Shown here in pieces: positions 8,372 to 18,623 of a DNA stretch of 64,000 nt. The translations under genes were made by a program, and so were the position numbers. The notes beneath the pieces are model-generated. The model was given only the letters and a program-made list of their open reading frames with translations, was not told where the DNA came from and searched no databases. The number at the start of each line of letters is the position of its first letter. Position 1 is the stretch's first letter. Source of the stretch: an uncultured Verrucomicrobiota bacterium (GTDB lineage Bacteria; Verrucomicrobiota; Kiritimatiellia; RFP12; UBA3636); contig CASEAR010000117.1 in NCBI GenBank assembly GCA_949285835.1, forward strand, positions 302 to 64,301, written 5' to 3'.

Positions 8372-11300
8372 TTACAGCAGCCTGAAAGAATGAAGCTGCA
8401 TGGGCCGGGAGTTCAGGCGCAATACAATTGAGCCGTCTTCAACCGCACACTTTATGGTTTCGCCTGTAACCAGATCCTCCAATGAAGCAGACTTGCCGGA
8501 ACCTGTGTAGGGAATGCGGAGCACAAGGTCTTTCCCCTTGTACCCTTTGTATCCCACGCCGATATATTTGGACTTCCCGACCTCATACACGCGCAGTTTG
8601 ACGTCCGCGTCGCCCTGCGGCACCTCGAGGCCTTCCACCGCCGGAAGGGCAAGAAAAGCCTGAGCAAAACGCCGGTGCGCATCAGCGAAGCCGCGCGCAT
8701 ACGTGTAAACCGTAAAGTTGATCGTAACGGCGTCTGAATAGAACCATGAAAGGAGTTCCAGTGCCATCGAGAAATCGGGGCCGCCCGGCACAATCATATT
8801 GCCTTCGTACTTCGGATTGATCACACGCGACCCGATTTCGTCGTACGACACCATATGGCTGACGGCGCACCCGTCGTGTGTCTTGAAGTACTCGAAGTAC
8901 TCCGGCATATCCGCGTAGCATTTGTAGTTCACCGGCGCGAATATCTCGACGCCGGGAATGTCTTTGTACAGCTCGGGCCGTATGCCGATATCCGCACGGT
9001 TGATGCCGTTGAAAGCGCGCCCGAAATTCCCGGAATGCAAAACGTATTTGTAGTCATTGACCGTAAGTGACTTACGTATCTCGCGCTCTTTCTCATACGC
9101 CGCTCTACCGCCCTCCGGCGCCGGTTTGACAACACTTGAAACAAACGCCCAGGCCGTCAGGTCGGGCTCCACAATCCCGAACTTGTCCATATCCCAGTTG
9201 AGATAATACAACTGCATGTCCGGATTTGCACTGCGCAGATACTCGACAATTTTGGCGTGAAATGCCGCACGTTTTTCATGCCACCAGGTATCGTAGGCAT
9301 CTTTGCATTCGCCGGAGGCCCATGCCGCCCACTGCTCATATCTGCCGCCGGGCAAAGGAGTGCCGGTCTCCTCCGAGAACATCTTGATGTCGTCAGCGCC
9401 GTAACTTACCGGCGTACGGTTGCACCTTATCCTCCAATGTATTCCCTTCATCTGGGGATATTTCTTCGCATACGGCATTATCTGTTTGTCCAGATAGCGC
9501 TTAAAGTCCTCCCATGTCTCGGGATGGAGGATATTGGCGCACCATCTGGCGAAGCGGTTCGGTTTGGCAGGCTTCCCATCGGAACCAATGGCGCGTGCTT
9601 CCTCCGGAAGGAGATTGGAGCCGCCCCACTCTATGCGCGGGATGTAGTCGATCCCCAGCTCCTTGGTAGCCTCCAAATACCGCAGATGCTGGGACTTCAG
9701 CCCGGGATACGGCGGAGCCGCCTTTTTGCCCTCGCGTAATCCCGATGCACCCAGTAGTCGCGAGGATCTATCTGCATGGTGTCGTACCCATCGATGGCCT
9801 CTCCATAATTGGCGAACGCCCACTTCAGGATAAGCGGAGAGATGGCGGAATATCCCATAAGCTTTGAATAGCGGATAATGTCCTCCGGATCGTGATCCGG
9901 CTGCCGTTCCCAGTCGAGAGCGAGCGTCCTCTGCCGTGCGCCCTCAGGCCTGCGGATTACCGGCGCATTTTTGACGGCATCAATCTCGTACAGCTTCATG
10001 GAAGCGACGGCGGGTCCGCCCTGCCACATCGCATAATACATTCCGGGCCGCATCTTGTTCATGAAATAAACCCAGAATCCGTTTTCAGACGACGCGCTGC
10101 CGGTTCCGCCGGAGCCAACGGTTTTCCCGTCCATGGGAACAATAGTGTCAAACCACTCCCACTTCCCGCTCAGCGGCCAATCATCATACACATCCCCGGG
10201 GCCAACCCCGTTTTTCCACCCAATGTCGGAATAATTCTGACCGACCTGTACCTCCACAGGACAGAACCTCGGCTTGTCCTCCGGATACTCAATCCTGAGC
10301 AGATACATGCCGTGCTCCTTCAATTTGCCCCTGCCGATACGGTACGCGAACCATCCGTACCCACCCGTGCGTGCCCGCTTTCCGAGAATGGATTCGACAT
10401 CGGATCTGTAGAACGCGCCGGGAGTCATGCGCGCCGCACGGTTGTCATATCCGCCCTGCATGAACGGATGGACTTCTTTTTCCGGCGGGACAGAGCAATC
10501 GATCACATCCACGAGCTTCAGTTTCCCGTAGGGAGTGTCTTCGTACGTATCCTTCAGCTCCGGAAGACACAAACTGTCGCGCGCCGAAAAATTCAGCTTG
10601 TCAAATACGCGCCCCGAACAATACAGAGGCGCTCCATCGCTCCCGTAAACCGTAAACGAAATACGGAAACGTCCGCTGAAATAAACGCTGCGGGAGTCCT
10701 CCCCGTTAAAATTCACAAGGAACTCCCCTGCGCCGCCGGACGCCTTGACAGGAGCGTTGCCACCGCTGATTTTCACGCCGAGCATATCCTCGACGATGTA
10801 TCCGGCATCGGCCCCGCCCGCATTTACAATTTCCTCCGGGAACCGGACGCGAATGCCGAAAGGCATCCCGCGGATGGCATCGCTCATGTCAAAACTTCCG
10901 CAAGGCGCGCCTTCCGCGGTTCCGGCTTTGGAAAAGAGCGTCTCGTAAGGATCAGCGGACAATTGGAACAGCCCTTTGACAAGGCCGCTCTTGCTGCCGA
11001 TAAACGTTAAATTCCCTCCCCATATCCGCACGGCGATGGAGTTCGTCTCCCCGGGCCGAATAAGCTCCGGCGGTACGATGTACTCCCTCTGCATCATGTT
11101 GTCGTATTTGTATTCGCTTGAAATACCGCCGATTCGAACACCGTTGAACCAGACCTCGTCATCCGACTGAATACTGCCCAGACTGAGCTTAAGCGGGACG
11201 CCGCGCACCGCGTCCGGCAAAAACACTCCGCACCGGTACCATCCCCATCCATAGTGATCGTACCCCTGGGCTTCCCAGCTGTTCCCGGACGATATGACAT

Positions 11301-12063
11301 CCCATCCGGCGTCATTGAAGTCCTTTGCAAACCACTTGCCTGCGACGCCCTTCTCTCCAGGATCCGTCGCAAATTTCCATGCTCCGTTCAGAGAAACGGA
11401 CAGGACACGGCGGCTCCACATGCTGTCGGAAAACGGCAGGCGCACGGCCTTGAAGTCCTTAAACTCCACCGTCGCGTCCGGCTGCCCGTCCACAGACCGG
11501 AACCCGATTCCCGCAACGCTCGAAAAAGTACGCAGGCCGAACGCGCTCATCGGAAGCACCACCAGGTTCCACCGCCCTCCTGCCGCACTGAAACCCGCCT
11601 GATAGGTTCCCGCAGTACGCCCCCTTACAAGAAGGTGGAATGTCATACGGATGTCTTTGTCCGGACGGCACATAAAGACGACGTTTTCAGCTTTCGCCCT
11701 GGCCCAGGCGGCGCCCGCTGCCGCTGTGCCGCCGTCAATGAGAATCCTCACTGTGGTGAACGCCGGTCGTATGTCCCCGGTCTTTATGAGCAGCGTCCTG
11801 TCAACCCCAGTCCCTTTTATTTCAAACGGCTCATTCTTGCCGTCTTCTGGCAGCTCTGTATTCCACAAAGCGGTATTTTTGTCGTCCAGACACGGAATGT
11901 CCACTTCCACCCGATCCACAGCTTTAAACGCGGCATCGGGACTCCAGGACGCGCTGCCGCGCCCGAAAACATCCGCCCCGGATCGAACCGCATCAGCAAA
12001 GGCAAAGCAGTTCCCGTACACGATGCATGAAATCATCAGGGTTTTCAAAACTGTTTTGTACAT
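8372..12063 (-). pseudogene. Large secreted glycoside hydrolase-like protein (about 1230 aa) split by a one-base frameshift near 9725
   Basis: ORF 9697-12063 has a signal peptide and GH2-type sugar-binding domain (SLNGAWKF..WGWYR..EVWFNGVRIG); ORF 8372-9823 continues with protein-like sequence; adding one base rejoins them. May be an intact gene with a sequencing error. Confidence 0.7.
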
Positions 12064-12111
12064 ATACAGCCCATCTTTCTGTTTATTTCAGCCTATGTCA
12101 GAGCAATAAAA

Positions 12112-12896
12112 TCACTTGAGAATCAGTCTGCCCATGCATGCAGGGGAGTTGTGCGGATTCCCAACTATTACCGGGAACCAGTTCTGCTGCACGAAGTTCC
12201 GCTTGCCGGAGGGCTGCATGTCGTGATCATAGCGCACAAAATTCGCACGCAGTTCCATCCCGGAGGAAAATTGGCTGGCGCCCCTGCGTTTTACCACGAA
12301 TTTAGCCGGAATTGCCATTTCTGCGCACCATCCGGCGGAATTAGTCGAGGCGGCGGTGACAAGCCCTTCCATATCCCATTCGAGGAAGCCCCAGCAATCC
12401 CTCGACCGGATCGGCTCCAGCACCCTTCCGTCGGGGCCGCTGCTCACATCCGCGCTGTAAACGTAGATTTTGTCCAAATTCTCTCCGGACGGAGCAGTCT
12501 GTATCTCGATGAACTGTCTGGAGTCTCCCGTCCCGTCTATGAATATCTCACAGACGTCCTCGTTGTGCAGGTCTTCGTCATGCCCTCTGGTTCGCGTGCA
12601 GAAAACGTCGTTGTCTGTACAGACGAACGCCACATACAGGAAGTCCGGGCTCCACTTCAATCGGATACGCGTATCCTTCCCCTCCAGATTTGTGCTTTCA
12701 GCTTTCAACGGCTTGCCTTGCACAGAGAACTGATCGTACCTGCGTCATTCCATTCTGCATCGGAAACAATACCGTCTATTACGGGAACAGTCACCGCCGC
12801 TGGCACGCAGACGGACGGCGCGCCGTCCCCTAACACACTGACTGCAGCCAAAAACGCCAGACACAACGTCAACAGCTTTGAAATATATGCATGCAT
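12112..12896 (-). pseudogene. Secreted CBM9-like sugar-binding protein split by a one-base frameshift near 12728
   Basis: Signal peptide plus PVIDGIVSDAEW in ORF 12705-12923; LKWSPDFLYVAF, DVCEIFID, WCAEMAIP, RANFVR in ORF 12112-12723; both are parts of one CBM9-like fold. Confidence 0.75.
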
Positions 12897-13061
12897 AATT
12901 ATCATTTTCCATCCGGACGGCATTGAATCACCTCGTCACACTGCCAAACACCACCGCGAGACCGCACCGGCACACCCTCCGGCAAAAAGAGGAAAACAGC
13001 GCACCCTCCGCAGACATCTGCTGCTTTGCATCGCTTCAGTCTCTGAAAACCTTCCGTAAAA

Positions 13062-14336
13062 CTACCTTACACGGATAAGCGTCTGATTTTCCATCCCGCT
13101 GGATACTATCATGATGCCTCCGCCGGTAAAGTGGCTGTCTTCAAACTCGACCCCGCTGCCGATGCTCCCGTATACCCCCGCGGGCTGCAGTACGCCGCCT
13201 ATTGTCAGAGTGTCAGCAGTCACTTCGACTCCGTCGGAAATCTCTATTTTACCGGAACCGTTCTGCCCGTCCGCGACGGAGAACCGAGCTGACGCGCTGG
13301 CACAATCCTGAACGAGAAGCCGCAGAAGCGCTCCTTCCCGCACTTCAGCATTTCCAAGCCCCAGAGCTCCGGGGGACTGCGCCTCGACTGTGCCAAAATC
13401 CACGACAACTCCGCCGGAAAAATCATTTTCGCCGGAAATAAACACCGCTCCAGATCCCGTCTTGTGCAGCCCACCAACGCCCGATATCATTCCGGAAAGA
13501 ACGACTCCCGCGCCGTCGGTTTTCTGGCTCAGCACATTCAAATCGCCGTTCAGCTCTATGCTCCCTGAAAAAGTGGAGTTCTTTGCGCCCTGTTCATCCG
13601 ACCCCAAAAGCAAGACGCCGCCAGCCCCGCCGGAAACGACAATGTTATTTTTCGTCGTTGTTGCACTCCCAATTGAGATGACAGCGGCCGGACCGCCATC
13701 TTCTGATCCCAAATATATAATGTTGCCCGCATCGCCGAATGCACTATTGTTGAATTTCATAGTGCCGGACAACACTCGGACGTCCCCAACGAACTTGTTA
13801 TTGCCGGTTAAATTAATTGAAGCCACATCATAGTCGGTATAGACATTCCTGACGGTTATGCAGCCCTTCCCGCCTATCGAAGAGGACATGCTTATTGAAT
13901 AGGTTCCTGCGGACGTCCCCGTGTTGACAAGCAACAGGTCGTCTCTGAGTTCCACGCTTCCAGAACTCACCCCCAATCTTGAATTGACTCTTGTGGCTCC
14001 GTTGCTTATTACCGCATATCCGGGGCCTCCTCCGTCAAAGTCCAGAATAAGAAGCTGATCGTTAAGCTTCAGCTCTCTTGTTTGATTGTCGCTGCCGTCG
14101 TAAAAGAGATACATGCCAAGCGTTGTTTCCTCCACAAGGGTCGCTACTCCGCCGGTAGTAAACTCGGCAACGGCCCCCTGTGAATTAGGAATGCCGTTAC
14201 CGTTCCATCCCGGATCCCCGTCAGAATTCCAGTCCGCGCTTTTGCCGGACCATACAGATCCATGGCAGAAACCGCCGATAAACATGCACGAAACAAACAA
14301 ACAAACAAAACATATTCGCTGCCGCACGCCTGCCAC
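13062..14336 (-). CDS. Secreted protein with autotransporter-associated beta-strand repeats
   Basis: Signal peptide; LSGMISGVGGLHKTGSGAVFISGENDFSGGVVVDFGTV and LTGNNKFVGDVRVLSGTM repeats; no C-terminal beta-barrel. Confidence 0.8.
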   Translation of the reverse strand: MAGVRQRICFVCLFVSCMFIGGFCHGSVWSGKSADWNSDGDPGWNGNGIPNSQGAVAEFTTGGVATLVEETTLGMYLFYDGSDNQTRELKLNDQLLILDFDGGGPGYAVISNGATRVNSRLGVSSGSVELRDDLLLVNTGTSAGTYSISMSSSIGGKGCITVRNVYTDYDVASINLTGNNKFVGDVRVLSGTMKFNNSAFGDAGNIIYLGSEDGGPAAVISIGSATTTKNNIVVSGGAGGVLLLGSDEQGAKNSTFSGSIELNGDLNVLSQKTDGAGVVLSGMISGVGGLHKTGSGAVFISGENDFSGGVVVDFGTVEAQSPGALGLGNAEVREGALLRLLVQDCASASARFSVADGQNGSGKIEISDGVEVTADTLTIGGVLQPAGVYGSIGSGVEFEDSHFTGGGIMIVSSGMENQTLIRVR

Positions 14337-14576
14337 ACAAATTCATATCCGCCTCCGTACATAAACCACGCCGTACAAAGCCAACCCTCATACGGTCATC
14401 GGAAGACCCTGCCCGATTGTTGGAGCTGATTCTAATACTCACCCGGCTAAATCCGCAAGAATAAAATTGACAAGAACCGCTACGTTGTTTCGTTTCTTCA
14501 GACACATGAACAGGCACGCCACGGCATCAAACGGGACAGCACACTTTTCAATCGTCTGGCCAACAACATGTTTGGT

Positions 14577-14605
14577 TTGACTTGCTTTCGCAAATTATAT
14601 AGACT
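14577..14605 (+). promoter_or_regulatory. Putative sigma70 promoter for the PRT-permease operon
   Basis: TTGACT-17 bp-TAGACT. Confidence 0.55.
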
Positions 14606-14689
14606 GAGTAGGCAAGAGCGGCCGGAAATGCGAATTGTGCACGCGGAAACGTGAGAGCGCAGCCGGCGGCAGCAGAATGGAAAAAGTCG

Positions 14690-15709
14690 ATGCAAAACAA
14701 CAACTGCCTTGAGGCCGAATATTCCGCGGGATCGCTGAAGCTCTACCGAATCAAAAGAAACGCAGCCGGAGTGGAACCGTACATCGCGACAACGCCGCAA
14801 TCCCGGGCGATTTGCAACGACCCTCGCGTATGCGGCGTGAATTACACCAAACTCCTTCGCCACACCTGCACGGACGTCCTGAAGGCCTTCCCCGGCCTGA
14901 TGACGGAGCACGAAGCCGTCGTGGTGAACATCCTGCGCGGGGGGTTGAACTTCGGTCTCAGAGACGCGCTTGCGGAAGCCTTCGGATGGAACACGCATAC
15001 CACATGCTTCATGAGCGCACAGAGAGCGCGTGACGCGTCTTCCCCAGATGCCTGGCACATTACCGAAAACGACTACAAGAAAGTGTATTTCCCGCCTGTT
15101 GCCTCATTTGCCGTCGGCGATGTTGTTGCCACGGGAACAAGCCTCAGATACGGGCTTAATGAGCTTCTCGCCGCGGCGCACACCCAGCGGACGGACGTGC
15201 GCAACCTCATATTTTTCACTTACGGCGGCATTAAGGCCGAGGAAATCCTCGCAGAACTCGATTCGAGATGCCGGAAAGAATTTCCCCACTACGGCAGGAC
15301 ACTGCTCATATATCTTGAGGGCTGCTTCACTGTGGCGCAGGCGGATACGCCGCTTTCCGTGAGACTGACGGGCACCGATCTGCTGCGGTACAATGCGCTC
15401 ATGGCGCCGGAATTCATTGAATCGCAATATGAAGACCCGGCGTATCCCATTGAAAGATGCGTAATATACGATGCGGGATCTCGCGCGTTCTGGATGCATG
15501 ACTACATAGAGGACGTCATAGGCTACTGGAAGGAAAACCTGCAGTTCGCCGAGCGAGGAATTACCTTCAGAGAACTAGCGCTCGAACGCTTTCCCGGACT
15601 GGATCTGAAACGATTCGGAGATGTGGACTTGAAAGCTCTGGCACTGCGGCAGATATCCCGCATGGAAAAATTGGCAAAAGGGAATGACTATGAAAAACTC
15701 CGGCAGTGA
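14690..15709 (+). CDS. Divergent type I phosphoribosyltransferase (uracil PRT-like)
   Basis: VVNILRGGL resembles UPRT VPILRAGL; PRPP-binding motif AVGDVVATGTSL; YDAGSR resembles GDAGDR; overlaps the permease gene. Confidence 0.7.
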   Translation: MQNNNCLEAEYSAGSLKLYRIKRNAAGVEPYIATTPQSRAICNDPRVCGVNYTKLLRHTCTDVLKAFPGLMTEHEAVVVNILRGGLNFGLRDALAEAFGWNTHTTCFMSAQRARDASSPDAWHITENDYKKVYFPPVASFAVGDVVATGTSLRYGLNELLAAAHTQRTDVRNLIFFTYGGIKAEEILAELDSRCRKEFPHYGRTLLIYLEGCFTVAQADTPLSVRLTGTDLLRYNALMAPEFIESQYEDPAYPIERCVIYDAGSRAFWMHDYIEDVIGYWKENLQFAERGITFRELALERFPGLDLKRFGDVDLKALALRQISRMEKLAKGNDYEKLRQ

Positions 15710-17093
15710 CCACGATTTTGCGCTCACAAACGTGGCTGACGATCAGAAACGCGGGTTCTGGTCGATGTTCGTAATAATGATGGGGTTCACTTTTTTCTCC
15801 GCAAGCATGCTCGCCGGAGGAAAACTCGGCAACGGGATGTCCTTCAGCGGCTTCATCACGGCCGTAATTGCCGGCAACGTGATTCTCGGCATTTACACCT
15901 CTCTGCTTGCCCACATCTCCTCCAGAACAGGCCTCTCCGTGCATCTGCTTTCCGGGTACTCGTTCGGAGAGTACGGGAGAATTCTCCCGGACGCATTGCT
16001 GATTTTTACGCAGGTCGGATGGTTCGGTGTAGGCGTTGCAATGTTCGCCATACCCACGGCGATGGCGATCATGGAGATTCCCTCTCTGAGCGGCTCGTGG
16101 ATGCTCTCGGGCCCCGTTACGCAAATTTCATTTGACGGGGTTCAGATACCTTCGCGTCTTTTGTGGACTCTGGTTTTGTGCGCCGGCCTCTTAATGACGT
16201 CCACGGCGTACTGGGGCATCAGAGCGCTGTCGGCCATCAGTTTCGTGGCTGTGCCCGCCATCGCCGTGTTCGGATGCTATTCGGCTGTGCGGGCGATGTT
16301 TTTCGACGCCGTCCCGCAGGAAATAGCCGCCAAGGCTGCAAACCCGGACGCTATCACAAACGGATGGTCTGTAATGAAGAGTTTCATACCGTCCGGCGCC
16401 GCCAAACTTACCATGGCGCAGGCCGTGTCAATTGCAATCGGCTCGTTTATTTCGGGTGGATCATGCACTCCGGACTTCGCCCGGTTCTCAAAGAATTCCA
16501 AAATCGCGGTGTCCACGACGGCGCTTGCATTTTTTATCGGCAATTCGCTCATGTTTTTCTTCGGCGCCGCCGGGGCCATGGTCTACGGACAGTCCGACAT
16601 ATCTCTCGTTCTTAAACTCCAGGGGCTCCTGCTTCCCGCCGTTGTCGTTCTCGGACTCAACATCTGGACGACGAACGACAATGCGCTCTACACATCCGGT
16701 CTCGGGTTGTCCAACCTTACAAAACTCCCGAAGAAATACCTTGTGCTCTTCAACGGCGCAATCGGGACGCTGGCGGCCGTATGGCTTTACGACAATTTTG
16801 TGGGGTGGCTGAATTTCCTCAACTCGTGCATACCTCCCATCGGGGCAATACTCATAGCAGACTACTTCATTGTCCGCCGCGGCAAGTATGAAAACATTTC
16901 AGCTCCGAAATTCAGGTCTGTTTCGCCTTTCGCAGTCATAGGCTGGGCGGCAGGCTCCGCAGTCGGACTTCTCGCGATGAAATTCGAATGCATGAACGTG
17001 GGACTTCCCGCCGTAAACGCCATGATTGCAACTATCGTGGTTTACCTTGCGGGGACATTCGCCTCATCGCCGGGAAAAGGTGCGCGCGCGTAA
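15690..17093 (+). CDS. codB: Cytosine permease-like NCS1 transporter
   Basis: MMGFTFFSASM, TQVGWFGVGVAMFAIP, GSFISGG..PDFARFS, LGLNIWTTNDNALY, PPIGAILIADYF as in CodB. Confidence 0.88.
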   Translation: MKNSGSDHDFALTNVADDQKRGFWSMFVIMMGFTFFSASMLAGGKLGNGMSFSGFITAVIAGNVILGIYTSLLAHISSRTGLSVHLLSGYSFGEYGRILPDALLIFTQVGWFGVGVAMFAIPTAMAIMEIPSLSGSWMLSGPVTQISFDGVQIPSRLLWTLVLCAGLLMTSTAYWGIRALSAISFVAVPAIAVFGCYSAVRAMFFDAVPQEIAAKAANPDAITNGWSVMKSFIPSGAAKLTMAQAVSIAIGSFISGGSCTPDFARFSKNSKIAVSTTALAFFIGNSLMFFFGAAGAMVYGQSDISLVLKLQGLLLPAVVVLGLNIWTTNDNALYTSGLGLSNLTKLPKKYLVLFNGAIGTLAAVWLYDNFVGWLNFLNSCIPPIGAILIADYFIVRRGKYENISAPKFRSVSPFAVIGWAAGSAVGLLAMKFECMNVGLPAVNAMIATIVVYLAGTFASSPGKGARA

Positions 17094-17276
17094 AACGTCA
17101 GTGCGGCGCGTTCCTTGCGGCGGCCGGCGTAATTTGCACGATGCCGCTAAAAAGCCGTCGCGCACGGATTGCGCTTTGATGTACAATGTCGCCCGCGTGA
17201 CCGCCCGGCGGCAGAGTGGAGTTTCCGTTCAGGCCGCCGCTGACGGCGGAGGGCAGCGCGTTCGGAAGGTCAGTAT

Positions 17277-18623
17277 ATGGACGAGTTTATCGACAGCTTG
17301 TTCGAGGAGGACAAGGGCGGCGGCCCGCGTACGACCGCCAGACTGCCGCTTGCGGCACGCATGCGGCCGGCCACGCTCGATGAAATTGTCGGCCAGGATC
17401 ACATCCTTGGCCGTGGAAAGCTCCTGCGCCGCGTAATCGAAGCAGACAGGCTGTCAAGCATCATACTCTACGGGCCGCCGGGATGCGGGAAGACCTCGAT
17501 CGCCGAAGTAATCGCCAGAACAACAAAACGCCGATTCCAGAGGGCAAGCGGGGTTCTCTCCAATGTTTCCGCCCTGAGAAGCATAATGGAAACGGCCAAA
17601 CGGCTTGCTCCAGAACAGGGCACCATACTGTTCATCGATGAAATACACCGTTTCAACAAATCCCAGCAGGACGTCCTCCTTCCATATGTTGAGGACGGAA
17701 GCGTAACGCTGATCGGCGCCACCACGCACAATCCGCAATTCTTCATAAACACCCCTCTCACGTCGCGTTCGCTGGTTTTTGAACTCCATGCCGTCGATGA
17801 GGACAGCATCTTCAGTCTGCTGCGCAGAGCCGTCGAGGATCCTCGTAACGGCTACGGACAGGACAACGTAGATGCGGACAGCGACGCCCTGCGCCACATA
17901 GCCAGAATATGTGAAGGGGACGCACGAAAGGCTCTTTCGTCGCTGGAAATTGCAGTGCTCAGCACCCCGCCGGACGCCGGCGGCGTCCGGCGCATCACTG
18001 TCGAAGCGGCGCAGGAATGCGTGCAGCGGCGCATCGTGACGTACGATCATGACGAGGAAGGACACTACAACACCATATCCGCTTTCATAAAATCGATACG
18101 CGGATCAAATCCAGACGCTGCAGTCTACTGGCTCGCAAAAATGCTTGAAGCCGGAGAAGACCCGCGCTTTATCGCGAGAAGGCTCATAATCGCCGCGTCC
18201 GAAGACATAGGCAACGCCGACCCGCGCGCACTGAGCGTGGCAGTGGCAGCAATGCAGGCGGTCGATTTCGTCGGCATGCCGGAAGCCTCGCTCAACCTTT
18301 CGCAGGCTACCACATATCTGGCCACAGCCCCAAAAAGCAACGCATCGTGCGCCGCCATATCGGAAGCCTCTTCCGACGTGCGGAACGGGCGCATAATGGA
18401 GGTGCCTGAACATCTTCGCAATGTCCACGTCAAATCCGTGGACAAGGAAAAGCCGCAGGAATACAAGTACCCGCATTCATTCGAGGGAAATTTTGTAAAG
18501 CAGGATTATATGCCGGAAAACCGGATATACTACAAACCCACGCACAACGGATACGAGGATACAATATCAAAACGGCTTGAAAGGTGGCGTTCCGGAGGCG
18601 CCGGATCCGAAACCGAAAAATGA
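17277..18623 (+). CDS. rarA: Replication-associated recombination protein A (MgsA/RarA)
   Basis: PLAARMRP, GPPGCGKT, FIDEIHRFNKSQQD, HYNTISAFIKSIRGS, ASEDIGNADP. Confidence 0.97.
   Translation: MDEFIDSLFEEDKGGGPRTTARLPLAARMRPATLDEIVGQDHILGRGKLLRRVIEADRLSSIILYGPPGCGKTSIAEVIARTTKRRFQRASGVLSNVSALRSIMETAKRLAPEQGTILFIDEIHRFNKSQQDVLLPYVEDGSVTLIGATTHNPQFFINTPLTSRSLVFELHAVDEDSIFSLLRRAVEDPRNGYGQDNVDADSDALRHIARICEGDARKALSSLEIAVLSTPPDAGGVRRITVEAAQECVQRRIVTYDHDEEGHYNTISAFIKSIRGSNPDAAVYWLAKMLEAGEDPRFIARRLIIAASEDIGNADPRALSVAVAAMQAVDFVGMPEASLNLSQATTYLATAPKSNASCAAISEASSDVRNGRIMEVPEHLRNVHVKSVDKEKPQEYKYPHSFEGNFVKQDYMPENRIYYKPTHNGYEDTISKRLERWRSGGAGSETEK

Noticed and set aside
17180..17276. GC-rich hairpins upstream of rarA as a riboswitch
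   Set aside because: No known aptamer consensus; pairing is expected by chance at this GC content
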